From Candidatus Woesearchaeota archaeon (GTDB lineage Archaea; Nanobdellota; Nanobdellia; Nanobdellales; CAZNIQ01), in the NCBI GenBank assembly GCA_964573185.1, contig CAZNIQ010000032.1, positions 1 to 5,324 on the forward strand: a DNA stretch of 5,324 bases. The letters are read 5' to 3'. Both the position numbers and the translations under genes were made by a program. Under the pieces are notes generated by a model, which was not told the origin of the DNA, did no database searches, and saw only the letters and a list, made by a program, of their open reading frames with translations. The first letter of the stretch is position 1; every line of letters starts with the position of its first letter. Shown here in pieces: positions 1-4,592 of the stretch.

Positions 1-933
1 GATTTTGACTTAATTCTAATTTCAACTTCAGGCATAGCCGAACTAACTTTACTAAGAAACACTTTTGATTGTCCCGTAGTAGCTTATGTTCATACCCCAT
101 TAAGAGCAGCATATTTTTGGGATATAAAATGGAATTTAAAATATAGATTTAAAAACTGGTTCGTTAAAGAGTTCTATAAATTTGCTTTACATATTTATAA
201 TAAATTAGAGAAAAAGGCTTGGAAAAAAATTGATTTTGCTATATTCAACTCGTATTTATCAAGAAAGAGGGCTTTAGATAAAGGATTAATTGAAGAAGAA
301 AGAACTAAGGTGATTTATCCTGGAGTAGATCTAGAAAACTTGTACTATGATGAACCAGAAGATTATTTTCTTTATATAGCAAGATTCGGAATGGCTAAAA
401 GGCAAAATATTTTAATTAAAGCTTTTGCAAGGTTTGCTAAAAAATACAAGGATTATAAATTAATTTTAGCAGGAGGATTAGAAAATAAAAAATACTTTTT
501 ACATTTATTGAAACTTGTCAAAAAATACAAGTTACAGAATAAGGTAAAGTTGTTCTACAATTTACCCTACCAAAAAATTATTGAATTATATGCAAAATCT
601 TTGGCTTTTGTTCATGTTCCTTTTATGGAAGATTTTGGAATCGCACCTTTAGAAGCTGCAGCAGCAGGCAAATATATAATTAATGTTTATCCAGCAGGCA
701 ACTATGAAATCCTAAAAGACTTTCCGGGGGTTTATTGGATAAAGGAAAGGTTCTATGAAGAAAAAATGGTAGAAGAAGTCTATAAAGCTCTAGAATATTT
801 TGTTAAAAATCAAGATGAGTTGATAGAAAAAGGGAAAGAAAACAGAAAGAAAATAAAAGAATTAGATTTGTCTTGGGATAGATTTGCGAAAGAAATGGAT
901 AAAACTTTAGAAGAAGTAGCAAATAATTCATAA
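1..933 (+). CDS. Glycosyltransferase, GT4 / group-1 GT-B family (5' end lies outside the window)
   Basis: Frame 1 is open from nt 1 to the TAA at 931-933, so GTG 310 in the ORF track is an internal codon. Nt 1-309 translate as DFDLILISTSGIAELTLLRNTFDCPVVAYVHTPLRAAYFWDIKWNLKYRF... and run straight into the tracked ORF. The C-terminal half carries the GT4 signature: LILAGG, and the E-x7-E motif FMEDFGIAPLEAAAAG (Glu codons at 628-630 and 652-654). Confidence 0.85.
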   Translation, partial: DFDLILISTSGIAELTLLRNTFDCPVVAYVHTPLRAAYFWDIKWNLKYRFKNWFVKEFYKFALHIYNKLEKKAWKKIDFAIFNSYLSRKRALDKGLIEEERTKVIYPGVDLENLYYDEPEDYFLYIARFGMAKRQNILIKAFARFAKKYKDYKLILAGGLENKKYFLHLLKLVKKYKLQNKVKLFYNLPYQKIIELYAKSLAFVHVPFMEDFGIAPLEAAAAGKYIINVYPAGNYEILKDFPGVYWIKERFYEEKMVEEVYKALEYFVKNQDELIEKGKENRKKIKELDLSWDRFAKEMDKTLEEVANNS

Positions 934-1104
934 CCTAAAAACCGTAAAAGATTTATTACAAGGTTATGAAGTAGATTTTTTAATAAAAAGGCAGGTAAAA
1001 CATTTAATCCGAGTTACTATGCTTCTAACTTTGATGAAATAGATTCAAGAGAATGGAGAGTTTGCTAGAAGCTTTTATGGAAGTGGTTACTTAGGGTATA
1101 TAAG

Positions 1105-1134
1105 GTAAACAAATATTTATATAATATTGTTTAC
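1105..1134 (+). promoter_or_regulatory. Putative archaeal promoter of the ATPase gene: a TATA-like box inside an inverted repeat
   Basis: TTTATATA at 1116-1123 is centred about 26 nt upstream of ATG 1146, the spacing expected for an archaeal TATA box on a leaderless mRNA. It sits between perfect 8-nt inverted arms, GTAAACAA (1105-1112) and TTGTTTAC (1127-1134). An A-rich BRE-like stretch lies just upstream of the TATA. Confidence 0.5.
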
Positions 1135-1145
1135 TTTAAATACAT

Positions 1146-2399
1146 ATGGTAAACGAGTTGAGGGAAAGATTGCTGTTGTGGAAAGAATGGGAACCTCCCA
1201 AAATAATCAAAAGGGAAATAAGAATACCTGAGACGAAAGATATAATAGCAATTATAGGACCAAGAAGAGCAGGAAAGACTTATTTTATGTTTCAAGTAAT
1301 AAAAGAGCTTTTAGATAAGGGAATTCCAAAAGAAAATATTTTATATATAAATTTTGATGATATAATTTTTAGAAGATATGATTTAAAGAAAATTTTAGAA
1401 GTATATTATGAATTGTTCAACCCCAAGGGACAAATTTTTCTATTTCTTGATGAAATTCAAAACTTAAAAGACTGGCCAATATGGTTAAGAACTCTACACG
1501 ACCAAGGATATAAAATTTTTGTTACAGGCTCTTCTTCTAAATTGTTATTGAGAGAGATAGCTAAAGAATTAAGAGGAAGATATATATCTAAAATTTTATT
1601 ACCCTTTTCCTTTAGAGAATTTTTGAAAGTAAAAAACTTTGAATTTTTAGATACCCCAGAAAAAAGAGGAAAATTAAAAAATTTACTATTAGAATATTTA
1701 AAGTTTGGGGGTTTTCCAGAAGTTACATTTTTAGAAAATAAAATAGATAAAAGGGAAAAATTGCTTTCAATCTTTGAAACAACATTTTATAGAGATCTAG
1801 TTGAAAGATATAGAATCAGAGAAATAGAAATTGCAAAAGAGTTACTAGAGTTCTTAATTTCAAACATTTCAAATCTAATTTCAATAACAAAAATCCATAA
1901 CACATTTAGAACTTTTGGAATAAATGTTTCAAAAAGAACATTGTGGAAATATTATAATTATATGTTAGAGAGCTTAATAATTTTTGAGACAAAAATTTTT
2001 ACTTATTCTAAAAGAAAAGAGATGCTATCTCCAAGAAAAATTTATGCTAATGACCTAGGAATAGCGAACTTGCCTAAAGAACAAAAAATAGGAACTCTTA
2101 TGGAAAATCTTGTTTACTTGGAACTATTTAGAAAAGGGTTAGAGCCTAGGTATTATTTAGTAAATAATAAAGAGATAGATTTTGTTTTTAAAGAAAATGG
2201 GAAGATAAAAGCGATAGAAGTAACTTATGAGTTAGATAACGAGCATATTAGGAAACTGGAGGAAGCTATTAAGAGATTAAATGCGGAAGGGATTATAATA
2301 ACATGGGATTATGAGGAAGAAATCACAAAAAATAATAGGAAAATAAGAATAACACCTTTATGGAAATGGCTTTTAAATGTTAGAGATGAAACAATATAA
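1146..2399 (+). CDS. AAA-superfamily ATPase of the COG1373 type (AAA_14 N-terminal domain plus DUF4143 / restriction-endonuclease-like C-terminal module)
   Basis: Walker A is IIGPRRAGKT (GPRRAGKT at 1257-1280). Walker B is FLFLDEIQ (D-E at 1449-1454). A typical VTGSSS segment follows. The C-terminal tail MENLVYLEL...KEIDFVFKENGKIKAIEVTYE (about 2103-2225) resembles the E...D...E-x-K nuclease-fold core of this family. The ORF is 417 aa, uninterrupted, with the promoter described above. Confidence 0.88.
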   Translation: MVNELRERLLLWKEWEPPKIIKREIRIPETKDIIAIIGPRRAGKTYFMFQVIKELLDKGIPKENILYINFDDIIFRRYDLKKILEVYYELFNPKGQIFLFLDEIQNLKDWPIWLRTLHDQGYKIFVTGSSSKLLLREIAKELRGRYISKILLPFSFREFLKVKNFEFLDTPEKRGKLKNLLLEYLKFGGFPEVTFLENKIDKREKLLSIFETTFYRDLVERYRIREIEIAKELLEFLISNISNLISITKIHNTFRTFGINVSKRTLWKYYNYMLESLIIFETKIFTYSKRKEMLSPRKIYANDLGIANLPKEQKIGTLMENLVYLELFRKGLEPRYYLVNNKEIDFVFKENGKIKAIEVTYELDNEHIRKLEEAIKRLNAEGIIITWDYEEEITKNNRKIRITPLWKWLLNVRDETI

Positions 2400-2448
2400 A
2401 TGATGATTGGGTGAGTTGCCTGAAAATGAGGAGAGAGGATGGAGCTGA
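2400..2448 (+). ncRNA. Candidate box C/D sRNA (2'-O-methylation guide), hypothesis from motif geometry only
   Basis: C box AUGAUGA 2400-2406; 13-nt spacer UUGGGUGAGUUGC; D' CUGA 2420-2423; AA; C' AUGAGGA 2426-2432; 12-nt spacer GAGAGGAUGGAG; D CUGA 2445-2448. The flanks UAUA 2395-2398 and UAUA 2449-2452 can pair. It starts one nt after the ATPase stop codon and overlaps the methyltransferase start codon. Confidence 0.4.
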
Positions 2449-3703
2449 TATAAAGATAATAAATGACATTGTTGTAGAAGCTTTGTATTTAATACATACT
2501 AAGAGGAAAAATCATAAGGAAGCTGTGCATCTGGCTTTAAAGAAGTATAGGATAAAAAATATCAAGATCTCCAGAATAGTTACTGGCAAAGTGCATTGGA
2601 TTCTGAAGTATCTATACTTTTTAGATTATATAATAAATAGAATTTTAAGAAATACCTCTTTGGAACAATTAAACCCATATTTAAGAAGTTTATTAGAGTT
2701 AGCGACCTTTGAGATGATTGTTAGAAATGTTAAACCACCTATAGCTACAGATTCTGCAATAAATGTTGCAAAAAGATTAAGACATTTCGAATTCATACCT
2801 TTCTTATCCGCAGTTTTAAGGCAAATCGAAAATAAGTGGAAAGAGGTTTTAGATAAAATAGAAGATGAAGAACTAAAATTATGTATTATAAACAGCTTTC
2901 CTTACGAATTTTATAAAATAATTAAAGAAGAATGGGGAGAGAAAATTGCAAGGGAAATAATAAAATATTCTTTAAGACCTCCTATCGATTATATAAGAGT
3001 TAATTTGATTAAAACCTCTCCTGAGAATTTATGTAGATCCTTAGAGAAAAAAGGATTTATTTTGGAAGAAACTGAATTTTTTGACGTTTTCAGGGTAAAA
3101 TATAAGCCAATACCGTTAACTAGAACTGAAGAATATAAGAAAGGTTATTTTGTGATACAAGATCTCGCTTCTGCTTCAGTTGCACATTATTTAGATCCTA
3201 AGCCAGATGAAAAAATAATAGACATGACCGCAGCTCCAGGAAACAAAACCTTTCATATAGCATCTTTAACTGAAGGAAAAGCAAAAATATTAGCTGTGGA
3301 TTGGAAATGCAATAGGTTAAAGAAAATGAAGCAGATTGCTAAAAGATTAGGGATCAGAAATGTTGAATATAAATGTATGGATGCGAGAAAAATCCAAGGG
3401 AAGTTTGATAAAGCTGTAGTAGATCCCACTTGCACCTCTACAGGAACTTTTCAAAAATATCCGGAAGTCAAAGTGTTTTTTAAGTATATTATTAAAAGAA
3501 AAGAGGAATATATAAAAATCCAAAGAGAATTATTGGATAAAGCAGTAAAAATAGCAGATATAGTTTCCTATTCAGTTTGTTCTTTGTTAAAAGAAGAAGG
3601 AGAAGAGAATGCACATAGACATAAGGTTATGAAGGAAAGAAGATTTTGGCCTTGGGATCAAACAATAGGATTTTATGTAGCTATAATTGAAGGACGCTCT
3701 TAA
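2426..3703 (+). CDS. RNA (cytosine-C5)-methyltransferase, NOL1/NOP2/Sun (RsmB-like) family with an N-terminal NusB-like domain
   Basis: The N-terminal part matches the NusB-like helical domain (NPYLRSLLELATFEMI). FVIQDLASASVAHYLDP is followed by SAM motif I, DMTAAPGNKT (3221-3250). Motif IV is VVDPTCTSTGT (Cys codon 3431-3433). Motif VI is YSVCS (Cys codon 3578-3580). The C-terminal GFYVAII is typical of the family. I prefer ATG 2426 as the start because a GGGTGA Shine-Dalgarno-like element lies at 2409-2414. GTG 2411, used in the ORF track, is the alternative. Confidence 0.85.
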   Translation: MRREDGADIKIINDIVVEALYLIHTKRKNHKEAVHLALKKYRIKNIKISRIVTGKVHWILKYLYFLDYIINRILRNTSLEQLNPYLRSLLELATFEMIVRNVKPPIATDSAINVAKRLRHFEFIPFLSAVLRQIENKWKEVLDKIEDEELKLCIINSFPYEFYKIIKEEWGEKIAREIIKYSLRPPIDYIRVNLIKTSPENLCRSLEKKGFILEETEFFDVFRVKYKPIPLTRTEEYKKGYFVIQDLASASVAHYLDPKPDEKIIDMTAAPGNKTFHIASLTEGKAKILAVDWKCNRLKKMKQIAKRLGIRNVEYKCMDARKIQGKFDKAVVDPTCTSTGTFQKYPEVKVFFKYIIKRKEEYIKIQRELLDKAVKIADIVSYSVCSLLKEEGEENAHRHKVMKERRFWPWDQTIGFYVAIIEGRS

Positions 3704-3898
3704 CTATTTCGGAAAATTTTAATAAAGCGTTAAATCCCGCTAGTTTCATAAATCCTATTGCAAGTTCTTTAGGGATAATATTGCCTTCCTTGAAAATTTC
3801 TAATTTTTTCTATTATTTTTTCTTTCAGTTTCTGGGAGAATATTACATCTGCCGCGCGCAACTTCATCATCTTTCAGGAAGGGGTGGGATATCTTCAT
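3681..3898 (-). pseudogene. Possible decayed HEPN / DUF86 (HepT-like) toxin gene remnant, readable only across three frames
   Basis: Minus-strand translations in three successive frames. Frame a: MKISHPFLKDDEVARGR (from ATG 3898). Frame b: AADVIFSQKLKEKIIEK. Frame c: LEIFKEGNIIPKELAIGFMKLAGFNALLKFSEIVKSVLQL* (stop at 3681-3683). The order FLKD ... GIIP-ELA ... M--AGF(R)N-L-(H) resembles the DUF86 layout as I recall it (FLkD...aiD...GIIs-eLA--L--MAGFRN-LVHeY). At least two frameshifts are needed, the segment is shorter than an intact domain, and the R-x4-6-H catalytic motif is broken (AGF-NALLKF, 3714-3740). Confidence 0.3.
3848..3898 (-). ncRNA. Candidate box C/D sRNA in the GC-rich island, hypothesis that competes with the pseudogene reading
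   Basis: Minus strand: C AUGAAGA (3898-3892); 14-nt UAUCCCACCCCUUC; D' CUGA (3877-3874); AAG; C' AUGAUGA (3870-3864); 12-nt AGUUGCGCGCGG (3863-3852); D CAGA (3851-3848). The 5' flank UGUA (3902-3899) can form a 4-bp stem with the 3' flank UGUA (3847-3844): A-U, U-G, G-U, U-A. The TATA-like element at 3923-3935 lies about 26 nt upstream of this 5' end on the minus strand. Confidence 0.35.
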
Positions 3899-3922
3899 TA
3901 CATAAAACTTTGTCTAAGAGTG

Positions 3923-3935
3923 TTTTTAAATTTTT
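3923..3935. promoter_or_regulatory. TATA-like element (TTTTTAAATTTTT) positioned to serve both strands
   Basis: The palindromic core TTTAAA (3925-3930) is centred about 26.5 nt upstream of the vapB ATG (3954) on the + strand. On the - strand it is about 25-30 nt upstream of the candidate sRNA / remnant ATG (3902-3898). Both distances fit archaeal TATA-to-start spacing. Confidence 0.45.
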
Positions 3936-3953
3936 GTATACGTGTAAACATAC

Positions 3954-4187
3954 ATGGAAACTGTTGTAGTATCCGTAAGATTGCCTAAAGAAATAGTAAT
4001 GAAACTTAAAAGTAAAGGAAAACCAAGTGAAGTTATTAGAAAGATAATTATAAAGGTATTAGAGGAGGAAGAGAAAAAAATAGCAGAAGAATTAGAAAAA
4101 ATAGGGGAATTGGAAGTTGTTAAAAAAAGAAAGTCAAACAAAAGTGTTGTAGAGTTGATTAGGGAGGATAGGGATGTATTGCATTGA
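3954..4187 (+). CDS. vapB: Ribbon-helix-helix (CopG/VapB-type) antitoxin
   Basis: 77 aa. The N-terminus METVVVSVRLPKEIVMKLK...PSEVIRKIIIKVLEEE fits the RHH pattern of a beta strand followed by two helices. The C-terminal tail is charged. The gene overlaps the downstream PIN gene by 14 nt (ATG 4174 lies inside it, and its own TGA is at 4185-4187), which is the usual antitoxin-then-toxin order. Confidence 0.7.
   Translation: METVVVSVRLPKEIVMKLKSKGKPSEVIRKIIIKVLEEEEKKIAEELEKIGELEVVKKRKSNKSVVELIREDRDVLH
4162..4167 (+). promoter_or_regulatory. Shine-Dalgarno element for vapC
   Basis: GGGAGG lies 6 nt upstream of ATG 4174, inside the 3' end of vapB. This fits translational coupling of an operon-internal gene. 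Confidence 0.6.
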
Positions 4188-4569
4188 TTCTTCTATTTTA
4201 GCAGCCTTTGTTGTTAAAGAAGAAGGATGGAAGAAACTAATAAAATATTTAGTCGATGGAGTTACAATCGATCTAGCTTTTAAAGAAACATTAAATGTAA
4301 TATGGAAGAAAGCGAAGTTGCTTAATGAGGAAATTGATATTAAAAATGCTTTATTAAAAATAAAAAAGTTAAGAAAAGTGCTAATAATTTATCCTCAAGA
4401 AGAATTACATGATCTTGCTTTAGAGATATCTTTAGAAAATAATATATCAATTTATGATGCTTTGTTTATCGCATTAGCTTTAAATGAAAATTTAACTTTG
4501 GTTACAAAGGACAAAAGACAGAAGGAAGTAGCGGAAAAATTAAATATAGACGTTATCTTAGAGAAATAA
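4174..4569 (+). CDS. vapC: PIN-domain ribonuclease toxin (VapC family)
   Basis: 131 aa with the PIN acidic residues in the expected order and spacing: D5 (MYCIDSS), E38 (AFKET), D95 (SIYDALFIALA) and D113 (LVTKDKR). It sits immediately downstream of, and overlaps, an RHH antitoxin gene. Confidence 0.85.
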   Translation: MYCIDSSILAAFVVKEEGWKKLIKYLVDGVTIDLAFKETLNVIWKKAKLLNEEIDIKNALLKIKKLRKVLIIYPQEELHDLALEISLENNISIYDALFIALALNENLTLVTKDKRQKEVAEKLNIDVILEK

Positions 4570-4592
4570 CTTAAAGTAATTTTACCCAACCT

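Noticed and set aside
347-353. Perfect ATGATGA (C-box-like) inside the glycosyltransferase CDS
   Set aside because: There is no CUGA at 10-14 nt downstream and no C'/D partners. It simply encodes Y-D-E in frame.
966-1045. Direct repeat ATGAAGTAGATT (966-977) / ATGAAATAGATT (1034-1045), with GTTACT recurring about 70 nt apart (1013, 1086), suggesting a tandem duplication
   Set aside because: The sequence between the short matches does not align, so there is no real repeat unit. Short AT-rich matches of this size are expected by chance.
1031-1050. TTGATGA in the 934-1145 spacer as a possible C box
   Set aside because: The first position is not a purine. There is no CUGA within the expected spacing and no second box pair.
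2411-2425. GTG 2411 as the methyltransferase start codon (ORF-track start)
   Set aside because: It cannot be excluded. However, no SD-like element precedes it, whereas ATG 2426 is preceded by GGGTGA at 2409-2414. I annotated 2426 and note 2411 as the alternative.
3253-3435. 60-aa minus-strand ORF inside the methyltransferase gene
   Set aside because: It is entirely antisense to a well-supported CDS that carries conserved motifs. The product is hydrophobic and low-complexity with no recognisable domain, as expected for shadow ORFs in AT-rich DNA.
3726-3741. Small hairpin AGCG-8 nt-CGCT downstream of the methyltransferase stop as a terminator
   Set aside because: The stem is only 4 bp. Archaeal termination relies mainly on oligo-T tracts, which are present nearby at about 3716-3719, so the hairpin adds nothing convincing.
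3769-3870. 33-aa minus-strand ORF MMKLRAADVIFSQKLKEKIIEKIRNFQGRQYYP as a genuine small protein
   Set aside because: It is preceded two codons upstream by an in-frame TGA, and its ATGATG is the C/C' box. It makes more sense as the middle frame of the decayed HEPN-like reading frame than as an independent gene.
3781-3969. 62-aa plus-strand ORF (MPSLKISNFFYYFFFQF...) in the spacer
   Set aside because: The Phe/Tyr-rich, low-complexity sequence comes from T-runs. There is no start context or promoter, it runs through the vapB promoter, and it is better explained as the antisense of the minus-strand features.
3926-4141. 71-aa minus-strand ORF antisense to vapB
   Set aside because: This Ser/Phe/Ile-rich shadow ORF lies opposite a Lys/Glu-rich gene (the complement of GAA/AAA codons). 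It has no domain signal.
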